DNA of 63,458 bases, filler included, from Phoronis australis (GCA_002633005.1; 5 parts of 5 records of this genome joined end to end with filler, not necessarily neighbours in it); one strand, 5' to 3'; positions 37,692 through 51,539 are shown, counted from the first letter of the whole stretch. Notes: generated from the sequence alone by a model not told the origin. Translations and numbers: made by a program.

Positions 37692-38469
37692 NCCAAAGCA
37701 ATTGCCAACACGAAAAACGGATTTGGCCTTTTGGGCATTTGAAGACTATTTTAAATACAACAAATTTGATAAGAACCGATTGCACAAAATATAAAACTTG
37801 TAATAAGCATTACAAAATGAAGTAGGTTTCGCGCGCAAACGCTGTGGACCATAAACAAGTAGGTCTCTTAGTATACGATCAGTAGTTAAGTCGTGGTGAT
37901 GTAGTGGTAAAGCATGCGCGCTCTATTTACCAGGTTGTGAGTTGCAGTCGCTGGTATTTTGCAGTTTTCCTGTTTGACACGTTCTACGTTTTTTTTTGCC
38001 TTTTTTTCTTGGATAACACTTCAGGAATCAAGGAAAATGCTTGATTTTTAGAGGAAAAAACAGAAAAATTTCCTGGGCGGGAGGGGGCAAACCCGGTGCT
38101 ATGAGCGTCTACAATCGTGGTTTGCGCAAATGCTTACAGCCGAACAAAATGTNCCCCCTTGCGATATCCTAGATCCGCCACTGGTTTCATGTTACATACT
38201 AGTATAACGACTACACTTGACTTCTACTGGTGCGCTTTATTAAAACGGGCAGTGCGCGAAGAAAAACAAAATCAAGGAAATCCCGATTAAGTGGCTGAAA
38301 CCCAAACATGTGCAGTGCATAGAAAGCGTGTGCAAGTGCATGTGATGTGATTGGTAAACATCTGACCAAGCATGCGCATTGATGCTCACACACGAAATTC
38401 CGTGTGTCTTTCATCATGTTTCCACTGGGCCACTTTTCAGTGTCCTAGGTGGCGCTTGTTTGGGCAATT

Positions 38470-38550
38470 GCCTATTAGCTGGTTAGCTGGTTAGCACGCT
38501 TGCCGGTTTTATGGGGGTCGCTGGTTCGATTCCCTGGTCGGGTAATCTCG
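38470..38550 (+). mobile_element. tRNA-derived SINE head fragment
   Basis: TAGCT...GGTTAGCAC followed by B-box GGTTCGATTCC; no complete cloverleaf. Confidence 0.5.
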
Positions 38551-39002
38551 GCTATTATTACAACTAGGTACTCTTTCGGGAACAGCAGGCCTATGCACAG
38601 AAATATGCTTTAGACAGGGAATGGGGGCCAAGTTATATTTTTAAGGGAGTGTATAGCACCCAGGGTACAGGTGAGAATAATTTTCAGGTTAGTCAGAACC
38701 GTGCTGAAATTAACTACGTATAGTTTCTCAAAGTTTTGCATAGATTTGTAATCGCTGTTACAACCTTCGCAATGAACACATTTTCAATGGTGAGCCCGAA
38801 AGTACGCCCCATGGCTACACTTGTGTTCCTGTTTTCGTATAGACAGTGATAGGGACTTCGGTACACGTTATAGTGCCTTCCACAAACACAAGTCGGAATG
38901 TTATATTTGCGTGAGTCGGCCCAATTACGCTGTATTCAATGTACATCCATATGAGCCTCACTTCTCGCATTTCTTAAATACTTTGAATTTAGCGTATTTG
39001 CA

Positions 39003-39340
39003 TCAACCAATAGAGGATGTTAATAGCCTACTGCTTACCTCAATGGCTCTTTTTGACATGCGCAAGTAGCGAGTCTGAAGAGTTTGTGCAGGGTCGGTGT
39101 AGTTAACTCCGCACTCCTTACTGAACACGTCCAGCATTATGTTGAGAGCGATCATTTTATTCTTGATGTTCTGGGTGGCTCGAAGATGTGACCCAAAAAC
39201 ATACTGTAACTGCGTAAATAAGTCAATGCCTCGCTCTCGACCTGGTTTCACCATATTGACCAAATCACGAAGCTCGATCGTTGTCGGTGAAGTTTTCACG
39301 AAATTTTTTAATGTAGCGTGCCATTTCTCGGACTTGCTGA
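39003..39340 (-). pseudogene. Possible relic of a Crypton-like tyrosine-recombinase gene
   Basis: After a ttttcag acceptor: QVREMARYIKKFRE / LRDLV..VKP ... QYVFG ... FSKECGV...P..LQTRYLR, resembling REL.R...L.D...P and YVFA...ECG...P..L.ST.LR motifs; the catalytic H..Y region is absent. Confidence 0.35.
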
Positions 39341-39716
39341 AAATGAAGTGTCAGTGATAGTTGCAGTATCAAAATTAGGTCCCCATGTAACTGCAGTGCT
39401 GTCATTTTATAAAATTACTCCAAAGATGTCACTACAAGAAACTTAACATTTCGTAACTTTCAGCCCTGATTGTGTTTGCCTTATTAGTCTATTAATTTGT
39501 TAGAGGTGTTTTTGGAAAGGCAAGTGGGGTTGCCGCTGAAGCATCATTATTTTGTATGGCGCCAGTTGCAGTGAGTACCCATAAAGCGCGAGTTAGTTGA
39601 ACAGGTGGTGGCGAAAGGATTCATGTAAAATTCAGACTATTTTGTAAATAGTTGGATGTACAGTTATCATTATTTGGGCTTAAGCTTCTACTGAAATAAC
39701 TTGCTTTTGAAATCCA

Positions 39717-40900
39717 TTTTATGCGCCCACATATTTATATGTGGACGCATTATACCGTCATCTCTGTCCGTCCGGCGTCCGCTGCTCTATCTCCAAGACC
39801 CTTTTACACACATTCATGAAATGTGGCGCATATGTTCCATTTATGAATGGGACGGCATGAGCGAACTTTTGGACGGATCCGACTACCGGTGTGCCTCCTA
39901 GTGGCACTTTTATTTTTTACGCTTACCTTTGTATCTTCAAAAGTCCTGAACGGATTTTCATGAAATTTGGTATGTTGGCACCTATTAGTGAGATGACACT
40001 ATCCTCCCGTTTTCGGATGGATTCGACGTAGTTTGCGCCACTAGTGGCCATTTTTATTGTTTTCTAGTCTGTTTTTTTGCGTCCACCCCTCTATCAACCA
40101 AACCGCTCAAAGGATGATTGTGAAAATTGGCAGGTCTGTGTTTACTATAAAGAGGACGGTTGACGATGATTTTCCGACGATTTTGACTACTGTGGCGCCT
40201 CCTAGTGGCAGTTTTGTTTTTGTTGTGCCTATGGCTGTATCTCCTAACCCGTTCGCAGGATTACTTAATTTAGCAAGTGTATTTATATGATGTTGACTAC
40301 AGATGTAGACGACTTTCGGACAGATCTGAATACTGCTGTGCCCCCTAGTGGCAATTTTTATTTTTTTACTTTTAACTCAGTATGTTCAATGGTCCTCGAG
40401 AGATTTTCATAAAATTTTAAATAATATAGGTATCTATAGTGTGATGACGCTATCTTCCTGTTTTTGGATGTAATCGAAGTGTTTTGCACCACCTTGTGGT
40501 CATTTTTGCTGTTTTCAAATCTTGTTTTTTGTGTCCACCCCTGTATCAACCAAATCATTTGAAAATTGGCATATTTGTTGTCAGTGTGAAGACGACCTTT
40601 GTTGATGGTGACTGACAACTGTTACGCCTCCTAGTGGAAGTTTAATTTTGCGCTCATAGTTGTATCTGCTAAACCCACTGCAGAATCTTAATTAAATTTA
40701 GTAAGTGTATTTATATGAAGATAATAAACTATGATGACGAGTTTCAGGCGGATCCAACGGACAGTGTGCCCCCTAGTCGCAAATTCATTTTATTCTGTTT
40801 TCCTTTGTTTTTCTGAAGTTCCTTGACAGATTTTTATGAAATATGGGATTTTCTTGTTTTTGGATGGATTGTATGTTTTTGCGCCATCTAGGCCATTTGT
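39717..40900 (+). mobile_element. Second copy of the same HINE family, 3' end missing
   Basis: Same 5' ttttatgcgcccacatatttatatgtggacgcattat and homologous monomers. Confidence 0.8.
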
Positions 40901-43105
40901 ATGATACAAATATACATGTATGTCGGTTGCCACGGTTTAACTCTGACGCCTGAAAAAAAAATTGGGGGGGGGGGGCGTGCGCTCCCGCTTCCTGCGGCCC
41001 TGTTACTAAGTTATAACAGCATTCCACTCCATGGTCAACCTCCCATTGTCAGTCGCGTGCTAACACCATCTGCACGATAGGCCATATTCCCAGCCCTCTT
41101 TTCTTTCACGTCGGTAGCTAAGTTCTGGTAGGCAACAGAAACTTCTGATGAAATCCTTCTCCAGATGTTCAAAAGTTATTTTCAGCAAAGTTCCCAAGAA
41201 CACACTTGCGCGTTAAGTAGGAATCTTAGTTCAAATATTTGAGGAAACAAAACTCAAAATTGTGTTTTTTTCGCCAATAGGTGTTAATGCTAGCCAATAG
41301 GTGTCAGTGCAGTATGACAAGAACAGCCAATCACGATAAAGAATTATAATTGACTCCGTACCATTTCCGAGATGTCTGCTTCCTCTACTCGAACCAAACG
41401 TGAGCTTTGTACCAGCTGTGTAGCCGAGAGTGCATGCATTATTGACAAGCGCGCACCCATCCTTCAGTATAGGGGGGCTTGAATTCCTGGCGGTGTCGGT
41501 GCCTTTTACTTTGGTTGACTAAAAAAAGCAGTACCACGATTGGAGCCGTACTTGCTGCGAAATGTGCGTTTGCATCTTTTTAGTGGACTTTTATCTCTAT
41601 TTATGGAACTTTTTGTTTCTATGAGGCGGATCTTTTTGTCCACTTCGCCCCCTGGGTGTGCGCATGATTGACACAGCAATAGAGTGTCGCGATTCCTTAA
41701 TGTGAAATTGCAGCCACGAACTGTCACTCGAGTCAATGGTTTTGGCAAACAAGTGGATCAAATATGAGTACAAGGAAATCCTCATTGGTGAAAAATTCTC
41801 GTTAAAAAACTACAACTAATCTACATGTACAGTCAGTGTCACAGGAACTTACTGGTGTCACCATAAGAGAAAACATTGTCATTCCGAGAGCACCGAAAGC
41901 TCGAGTCTAGGGTAACCGGGTCAGATCTTGAAAAAAATTGTGTGTAACATACATCTTGGTGAGATATCTTCAAAATGTTCGTTTGATAATTTTTGGGCCA
42001 GAATTTAAGTTACACCATCATGAATATTTTGGCCGTTTTGTCGTACAAAAAGATTCAGGAAGTGAAGTTGTTTTAATATGTCTAAAAAGAATTGGGAAGA
42101 AAAACCCTTTGTGATCTTTATGTAGATATTGAACCTCTCCATCTGAAGACTGTCTTGAATTTTCAAACGGATTTCCGTTAACATTCACTGGAGTGCCAAA
42201 ATTTGGTAAATGTTGCCAAATTTTATGAATTTGATTTTTCGCCATTTTCGAGGTACTCTGGGGGCCAGTTTACGAGGTGCTGCTGATTTCCAATTATATT
42301 TTTCATCAGTTTGTTGTCTGACTAATGAGAAATTAAAAAATAAGGTAATGGGCTTTTTGTTTGTTTTCATGCACCAGACGATAGAAAAGACACACCGTCG
42401 CGTATTTAAAGGTGCCTTACTAAGGGCAATATGCAGCTGTATCTCGTGAGCCTCATAAAGGCTCTTCATAATAATTTTTTGCTATGGAGATCAAATCAGT
42501 CGACGTCAGTTTTTAGATACTTTGATTACTGCAGGCCCTCTGGTGGCAGTTTATACAACTAGATTTTTGATGACATTTAATGAAATTCGACCACAACAAT
42601 TCCGTCGAGGAAAAGATGGCAGATGTTCATGTATGTCTGAGAACGACGATTCAATGTTAATCGAATTCTGTTTCCTCAGCTTGTTTTCTGTCTACTATTG
42701 TACCTGAAGATGCTTTTGATTGATATCGAAACATCATTTACATGCTTCACTCTAGCACTGTTTTTGTTTTCCACTTCTTACTTCTAATTTGCCCAAAATC
42801 TAATATTATTTACATGCATGTTACCGAATGAGTCTAACCTGTGTTTTGGAAACCGTTCATACATCTAACCCGTGCTCCCGTCAGCTGCAAATCGGTGCCC
42901 TGTTGACGTCCACCATACTGCCGCATAATCATTACATAAAATGTATAAAATCATTTAATCTGAATTTTAAAAATTTTTACAGGATGTTAATTGTTTCACC
43001 GATTCTAACCAAACCTGGTGTTGTCACTTGTCACACTCCCACGAGAGACAAAAATGATACCTCTTGACAATATTGGAGGCACTAGTTTCAAATGTTCAAT
43101 GTAGG

Positions 43106-43360
43106 TGAGGCTTACATCAAGTAATGTTATCTCAGTACAAATGAATACGAATTAAGTACTAGTCCACGAGAGCACCAGCCATGTACATGTAGCTGAGGCT
43201 TACATCAAGTAATGTTATCTCAGTACAAATTAATACGAATTAAGTACTAGTCCACGAGAGCACCAGCCATGTACATGTAGTTGAGGCTTACATCAAGTAA
43301 TGTTATCTCAGTACAAATGAATACGACTTAAGTACTAGTCCACGAGAGCACCAGCCATGA
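43106..43360. repeat. 88-bp x3 tandem repeat
   Basis: Units start at 43106, 43194, 43282. Confidence 0.95.
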
Positions 43361-46333
43361 CCGGCAAGGTGGTGGTCAGCCGATTTTCACCAAATTTGGC
43401 ACATGAGTAGTCCTAGGGGATCTATAATCAGCGGTAAAATATTTCCTCAAAATTATTATTCACTTGGCATTGTTTAGTGGTGCCTGTAGATTGTTACAAA
43501 GATGTCTTGAAATACGATTCCGATTTACCACCCTCATTTAGTAGTTTTACTACACTGCCCCCTGTTATGCCATTTTGAGGTTGTGTTCAGTACACTGCTG
43601 TACCAAATCTGCCCCCACTGTTATGAAAATGAAACTTAGCTAAATGTTGACAAAACATGTTACTTTCATTTCATAAAATAAAAACTTTGTCAGCCAGTTT
43701 ATTATTTATACATTCTGGTACCTCAAATGTACTAAAATGAGAAATTTTCATGTATCTGAGACCGATGGGTGAGCACAATAAAATCCGATTGTCCTTCATG
43801 TTTTTCGATATTTTGCAACAAGTTAGTTCCTCCTGAATGTTTTGAACGTTTTACTACTTACCACTTAGGGCTACAGTACTCTTAAATACCATACATGGCT
43901 CCATTTTGTAAAAAGCCGATTATGTCCTCTACAGTGAACAGGGTTAGACATGAACTCGACAAATGTAGGTTATTTTGATTTACAGTTGTTTTACTTTGCA
44001 ATTTCCTCATGGGTATTTCTTCACACATATTCAAGTCAAATTTTCTGTTGATCAAATGTTCATGCAATGCATTGTAATATCAAATGAATGATAAGTTTGG
44101 TTGCGTGACCGCAATTTTCCCCACGTCTTAAAACAAAAGACCGCAGAAATTTTCCTGACGAAATACCGGGTTTGCAGTTCTCTAAAAACATTCGAATGAC
44201 AAGACAAACTCCACCACTGTCCGTGGCAACTTGTCGCATGTTTTTCGCCCATCGGTCCTATCATTGTTTTCCTTTGTTGGGTCATTGTTGGATGTAACAA
44301 CACAGGTCGCATGGATATAGAACGTTGCGTACATCAGACCGTTGCCGATAAGCGCTCGTCATTATATATTTATTATAACAACGGGAACAATGAAGATGCT
44401 AATCTATTGTTCTCTATGCAACCAGGTTTCCCGTGGATGACCACAGAAGAGGAATCCCTAAGTATGCACAAACAATGACCACGCACCTTAGTAACTATTA
44501 CCGTGCACACGGATACTTTCCGTGGAAACTAAACACCAATTTTTTTACTCCGTGTATTGTGTTTTATTGCTCATGGTACGGGTTCAGACTCTGTTGTATT
44601 AAGATTCAAATCCCAACCCTGTAATATGTAGTTTGAGTAAAATTTCTAGACAATGCAGGTTTATGGATTTATTCTCCTTCAAATGAAGAGTGAAAATCAA
44701 ATTCTGCAGTTTTTTTAAAAGTAATCACTTATTGGAAGATCACACATCTAAAAAATAAAACACTGTTTGACAATTTTATTCATTATCTTATTTGAAAATT
44801 GCCTACCTCACAGACAACTCATATGAGTTGAAAATATTCCTTGTGAAAAAATATAAAATACCAACTAGAGACTTGTGTACTACAAAATATGTTTTCGTAA
44901 TACAATGCAAAAAAACTGTACAGTCAAAAGTGCAAATGTTATGACTCTAATAAAAAATTGCCTTCCAGATCTTTTCAACACTCTAATTGCTACAGGACAG
45001 AGTCAACCACACAAAGGTCATAAAATCAGGGAATTACATTTAAGGTGATGTAGTGTCATTGCGAAAAAGTGATTTCGCAATATCGCTAACAACACTGGAA
45101 ATATCTTCTTCACAAACTTGAGGTAGCTGTATTTACCACACCAATGTTCTTATCAAAACTAACCACCACAAAATGAAAAATTGGCTTGTCGGTTCCAATT
45201 AGGCAGCATTTTACAATGAAATGGTCACGAAAGAATACTTTTGCAACATGGATTGCATTACAATTGCCCTACATTACAGTTGTACATACATACTAGACCA
45301 GTAACAAAATTACCCATGGGAACCATAAAATGGTCAATTCGCCAGAAAAACAAGGAGCCACCAGACTTAATGTGTCAATACTTTTCAGTACTGCAACAAA
45401 AAATCATTTGAAGTGGACATAAACTCGCCTAAAATCACATTAAACAAATTTTGATTAAGACATTTTACGAAATAGGTATTACTTCCAGGTCACTTTGAGC
45501 CATTTCAGAACTTTGAAAGATATATGCAATTGCTAGAGACCAGACCAATAGTGTGTGATTTTATACACACAGCATGGTCTCAAGGAATAGCAAACTGTCA
45601 ATTCGCTACTATTCCAGAAATCACTTCCTGTCAGAATATAGTCTGACAGTATTTTTAGTTATATTGTTTTGTTTTCTTATTCTGTTTGATTGGCATAACC
45701 CCTGAGTTAAGTACAGTGATGATGTAATTAGTTTACTACAGTATAGTGTGGAACTTTCTAGAAGACTCTAACATGACAGTGATTGATGCAGTCTGGAATA
45801 TTCTAGAGACTAGTACATGTTTGTAGAATGATTGGGTAGGTTCCAGAAAGTTCTGGTAAGTGCTTGAATTGATGAAAAGTTCTAGATCAATGCATTAGGC
45901 TATGAATACACAAGCACGGGTTTGTGTTAGTCAGATTAAGTGAGTTGAGTCCAAGAAGATCAAGTCGGGAGATCAAGTAAGTTCAAGCAAGTTAATCAGG
46001 AGAACTACAGTTGAGTTGCAGTGAAGAGAATCAGCAGTTACAGCGATAGTCAATAGAGAGCCAGCTATAGAAACAGCAGGTTATTGAATCAACGTGTGTA
46101 ACAGTTGCTGAACGTGTCTCAGAATTTCGTCACAAGTCAAGGCTTCGCAGCACAGGCTGGAGCATAAACAGACATTACGTCGGACGTTTTGTTTGAGTAG
46201 GCTTGTGAACGTACGGTCGGGATTATTAAAGGATTAACTCGAACCAGTCTTCAGTCAGTCATCGCACCGAAAGCTATTAGCACCGGTCTGTAACAACCTG
46301 CGCCCACCCACACACGGGGAAAAACGTGACAAT

Positions 46334-46351
46334 TGGCGAGCACGCCAGGAG
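46334..46351 (+). promoter_or_regulatory. Primer-binding site, tRNA-Arg(ACG)-like
   Basis: TGGCGAGCACGCCAGGAG 2 nt after the LTR end; 16/18 to the complement of the tRNA-Arg(ACG) 3' end as I recall it (TGGCGAGCCAGCCAGGAG). Confidence 0.7.
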
Positions 46352-46406
46352 CTTACTGACGGTAACAAGGTGTGATAAAGTGGACTGTTGGATTTAGCGA
46401 CTCACT

Positions 46407-49205
46407 ATGGAGACAAGATCTCAACTAAGAGAGTTGATGGCCCTCGGACAAGAAATGGGTCTGCAAGGAGACAATCTCAGACAGTTTGTTGAAAAACAAC
46501 ACGCTGAAGCGCGTGCTCAGGCTGAGGCTGAGGCTGACGTGGAGGAGAGAAGGCAGGCTCGAGAGTCGCAGGAGAGAAGGCAAGCTCGTGAGGCCGAAGA
46601 AAGGGCGCGAGAGGCCGAACAGCAGATGGAGAGAAAAAGAATGGAACACTAGAGGGCGCTAGCAGCACTGAAAGCTGAACAGGTTGCAGCGAAGGGTAGC
46701 CATGTTAGATCAACTGGTGGTGTAAAGCCGAAGCTACCTAAGTTTGACGAAAAGCAGGACGATATGGACAACTTCCTGGAGAGGTTTGAAAGATACGCAG
46801 AGAGTCAGGGTTGGACACAGAGTGAATCGGCAATTAGTCTCAGTCCCCTGTTAACAGGTAAGGGCCTGCAGGTTTATAATAGCCTTCCTATGGCTGATGC
46901 ACTAAACTATGCTACACTCAAAAGAGCCTTGTTAAAGCGCTATGAGCTGACCGAGGAAGGCTGTCGCAGACAATTCCGGGAAGCGAGGGCTGAAAGGGGT
47001 GAGACAGCTTATCACTTTGTTGCCCGCATACAGCGCTACCTGGACAGGTGGATCGACATGTCCGACTGTGACAAAGACTTTGCTGAGTTGAGAGACCTGT
47101 TAGTGCGTGAGCAGTACGTTAACACATGTACTAAAGACTTGGCCTTGTTCCTGCGAGAGCGGACACCTAAGACTGTTTCAGAGATGGTGGGCTTAGCAGA
47201 GAGGTATAATGAGGCCCATGGAGTGGATATAATGAGCACACAGTCAAAGAAATCCCAAGAACGACCAGTCAAGACAGACAACCAGAGAGTCGACCAGAAA
47301 AAAACTGACCTCGCAGGGGAAAGATGTTTCTTCTGTCACAAAACTGGACACCTGGCTAGAGACTGTCGGAAGCGGATACAAGGGATGCAACACCAAAAGT
47401 CAGCAGCGGTCAGCCACCGAGGTTCTCAGAGTAAGGATTTGGTGAAGCATGCTAACCCTGAACGCGCCTTCAAAGGAAGCTGCGTCTGAAGGAGGGGTAT
47501 GTTGGCATGAAGAAGGTCTCAGTGTTGAGAGATACAGGCTGCACGACAATTGTGGTTCGAACCAGGAGATATGACCTGCCGGAAGTGGTCATGCGAGTTG
47601 GCGGACTCTACCAAGAGATGGCTGCCTGTCGCAAAGATCAACATCAAAACCCCGTACTACACAGGAGAAGTGTTTGCGATGTGTATGGAGCGTCCAGTGG
47701 CCGATTTGATTATCGGGGACGTGCCTGGCGCCTTGGACCCAGGCGATGTTGAGCGACAGCAGAGAGGAACAACTGCCAACGAGGACAATACAGGCAATAG
47801 TCTTGTGGAGGGTCCGAAAGATGACTCTCAAAAGGGTACGACTTCCCAAGAGAAGAACCCAGTGACCTCAACTCTAGGGGGAGAAGAGGTGGCCGACAAG
47901 TCGGTGGAGACAGATCCTGATGAATCCAGCAGGGAAGCGGTAGCAGTGACTACCAGGGCTCAGGAAGAGCGACAAAAATCGGACATTAAACCGTTAGCTG
48001 TGTCCCCAACCATACAAGAAGTGGGACTAAAGCAGTTCAAAGAAGACCAGCATGAAGATTCATCAATGAAAAAGTTATGGGAGCAAGCTGAAGCCAAAGT
48101 TCAGCGACAGACCAAAGGCAAGGGGTCATACATGATGGAGGTTCAGCGGGGAATACTCTATCGCACGTTCAAAAAGAAAGACGGTGACGAGGTGAAACAC
48201 GTTGTCGTGCCGAGTAGTTTACGGAAGTCCGTGATGAGGCTCGCTCATGAGTCTATACTCGGTGGACACCTCGGTGTTAGGAAGACAACTGACCGTATCA
48301 CCAGCAATTTCTATTGGCCAGGAGTGTCATCAGAAGTGACCCGATTCTGCAGATCATGCGACATCTGTCAGAAGACAATCCCGAAAGGTCGAGTGACAAA
48401 GGTACTCCTGGGAGAGATGCCTTTGATGGAGGAGCCTTTCAAAAGGATCGCGATCGATCTGATTGGCCCTATAGCTCCAGTTTCTGACAAAGGAAACAGA
48501 TACATTCTCACGGTGGTAGATTTCGCTACCAGGTATCCAGAAGCAGTGGCGCTACCGAAGATTGAGACAGAGCGTGTGGCTGAAGCATTATTAGAAGTCT
48601 TCAGTAGAGTAAGGTTCCCGCGAGAGACACTGAGTGATCGTGGAACGCAGTTCACAGCGGAACTGATGAATTAGGTCAGCAGGCTTGTGAGTGCAAAGCA
48701 GCTGTACATGACCCCTTACAATCCACGCTGTAACGGGCTCTGTGAGAGAATCAACGGTGTTCTTAAGGCCATGCTGAAGAAAATGTGTCAAGAAAGACCA
48801 AAGGATTGGGACCGGTATCTGCCAGCTGTCCTATTTGCTTATCGAGAAGTCCCGCAATCAAGCACAGGATTTTCACCCTTTGAGTTGTTATACGGCAGGA
48901 CAATAAAAGGTCCTATGCAAATACTGAGCGAACTCTGGACAGGGGAAGACAGCAACGATATCCGTAATACTTACCAGTATGTCTTCGAGCTCAGGAACCG
49001 CTTAGAGGAGTCCTGCGAGTTGGCTAGAAAAAGTTTGTACAATGCACAGGGTATTCACAAGCATTACTACGACAAGAAGGCCAGGGATGGGCAGTTTCAA
49101 GTGGGACAAAGAGTGTTGGTATTACTTCCCACAGACCACAACAAGCTTACTCTGCAATGGAAGGGGCCATACGAAGTTACGGAAAAAGTCAACCGTATGG
49201 ACTAC
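46407..49205 (+). pseudogene. gag (coiled coil, SCAN-like capsid, CCHC knuckle) - aspartic protease - integrase
   Basis: LRDLLVREQY...RERTPKT..E...LAE.Y; CFFCHKTGHLARDC; LRDTGC; HESILGGH...CDIC; IAIDLIGP, SDRGTQF, NGLCERIN; WKGPY. In-frame TAG at 46650 and 48672, frameshifts near 47490-47550. Confidence 0.9.
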
Positions 49206-51199
49206 CCATTACCAGCAATTCGTAAACTAGGTCATCCGCCAGGTTCTCTGCGTAAACTAGGTCATCGCTTATGGACCAGTTAGCTCTTCACACTTCGCGA
49301 GTCTCACTGGAGAGAAGCACCAGGAAGGTTGTTCTACATTTTGTAGCCCAAAATTACCAAAGTTCAAATATATTCCGCTAACTTGAAAGAGGAAAGACAA
49401 AACATATTATTACAGATGTCTAGGCCAATATCATGAGCCACCACTCGTAAGCAAATCAAAGATGTCCTTACTCGTTGCCTTATCTCGCACTACCACAATC
49501 GACTAGTTTTCAGTTCGCAGTGTAACGATACAATTCTCATAAATTCAACTTGTAATGACCCCATTCAATTTTAAACCATGCCCGAAGTACTCGGAAACAA
49601 ATTATTGTTAGGTAAAACGAGTTTTTTCCCTGAAGTGCATCGTAAATATCTGAGGTGAGTTTTCCACAAACAGCTACTTTTGGTTTAGAGCTGAATTTTA
49701 GCTCCCATACTACTATGGGCCGGGCCGGTCAAGGGCCAATTCCTGTTGTACGCACTACTTATAGCATTGGAATGAAACTGCTATATATAGAAAAAACTTG
49801 TATTAGTATACTGGTGTGAATATTATCAGTGATTTAAAACTTCGAATTAACTAGACCCATTAATGTTAGTCCATGATGATAAACTAATATCAAAAGGCCA
49901 AAATTGGCAATTTTCGGCGACCCCATGTTAAATACAAAATTTTGTCTAATTTTCTTCAAACTCCTACATTTCAATCTTGATTATACTGACATCTGTTGGG
50001 TCTATCGGCAACTAACCGCACATGAAAGGCTTGGTCGAAAATTATCGTTTTCTTACATGGACTTTCGGGTTTTTAGCGGCGATTCCACTGATCGAAGCGA
50101 CAAAATAAGCCAAAACTTTGGCCATACCATGTTAAACATAAATTTTTTTCCAATTTTGCTGAAACTTGGCCACGTTTTTAACAAAATACTNNNNNNNNNN
50201 NNNNNNNNNNNNNNNNNNNNNNNNNNNNNNNNNNNNNNNNNNNNNNNNNNNNNNNNNNNNNNNNNNNNNNNNNNNNNNNNNNNNNNNNNNNNNNNNNNNN
50301 NNNNNNNNNNNNNNNNNNNNNNNNNNNNNNNNNNNNNNNNNNNNNNNNNNNNNNNNNNNNNNNNNNNNNNNNNNNNNNNNNNNNNNNNNNNNNNNNNNNN
50401 NNNNNNNNNNNNNNNNNNNNNNNNNNNNNNNNNNNNNNNNNNNNNNNNNNNNNNNNNNNNNNNNNNNNNNNNNNNNNNNNNNNNNNNNNNNNNNNNNNNN
50501 NNNNNNNNNNNNNNNNNNNNNNNNNNNNNNNNNNNNNNNNNNNNNNNNNNNNNNNNNNNNNNNNNNNNNNNNNNNNNNNNNNNNNNNNNNNNNNNNNNNN
50601 NNNNNNNNNNNNNNNNNNNNNNNNNNNNNNNNNNNNNNNNNNNNNNNNNNNNNNNNNNNNNNNNNNNNNNNNNNNNNNNNNNNNNNNNNNNNNNNNNNNN
50701 NNNNNNNNNNNNNNNNNNNNNNNNNNNNNNNNNNNNNNNNNNNNNNNNNNNNNNNNNNNNNNNNNNNNNNNNNNNNNNNNNNNNNNNNNNNNNNNNNNNN
50801 NNNNNNNNNNNNNNNNNNNNNNNNNNNNNNNCTGTTGATTAATACAATAAAATTTTCTGGCGCTGAGCATTTTTCTATACAAATTGCAAGATTGCGATAA
50901 CCACCTGAGTAGAAATTACCTTCAATACCGATACCTGTTTGGGACTTTACAACACCAGTAAAGTACATAGTTTTGATTCAAAACATGATTTATTAATATT
51001 TAGTTAAGTGTCAATAAGTCAGGCGCAATTGTTTAAGGTATTTTTCCTTTTTAATTAAAATTCCACGTTTTTCGTTAACCCAGTGTCCAACAACAGGTGT
51101 CACTTTAGTGGTGGCAAAATGGTTGATCCTGACTTGCTGTGTTATCTGCTAGTATGATGGAGTGTGATGAAGTGTATGGAACCTCAAAAGAATGTCCTC

Positions 51200-51539
51200 T
51201 GCACATGTGCGAAATCTTGATGCGGCATAAAGTGAGTAGCAAACTACCGCACCTACAGACTGTGCGGCAACTGATTTTGGCGAGAGTGGGACAATTTACA
51301 AATACGTGTTCACCGGACCCGTGTCACGCCTGTGTGACTTCGTCCATGGCAAGGGCAAGACACCGGGCTGATCTTGGAATTCTGTGGAAACCATGTAGAC
51401 TCTGCAAACACCCATTTCATTAGTGGTAGCTCGCGTGCCAATCCTGAAGTGGGGATGCTGGTTGAAATGTCTACAGTCAACTTACTTTCAAAGGAACTCA
51501 ACAATGTCAATGCATTTGTGTTCTTTCCTGTTGGATCTG
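51200..51539 (+). pseudogene. Cys/His-rich transposon-associated exon relic
   Basis: LILARVGQF...HRADLGILWKPCRLCKHPFH...FFPVGS followed by a gtgagt donor; pattern resembles N-termini of Sola-type transposases. Tentative. Confidence 0.35.

Larger units (their letters stand above)
45629..49205 (+). mobile_element. Gypsy LTR retrotransposon, Gmr1-type domain order, 3'-truncated
   Basis: Putative 5' LTR 45629-46331 (TGTCA...TGACA), PBS, gag-protease-integrase; homology ends at VNRMDY before any RT/RNase H; no 3' LTR seen. Confidence 0.88.

Noticed and set aside
37699-38470. CAATTGCC inverted ends as a P-like element
   Set aside because: Short match, no TSD, and the left flank abuts an N.
36487-45600. 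Final IPP kelch exon
   Set aside because: No matching peptide seen; probably lost at the contig break at 37692, so gene truncation is not claimed.
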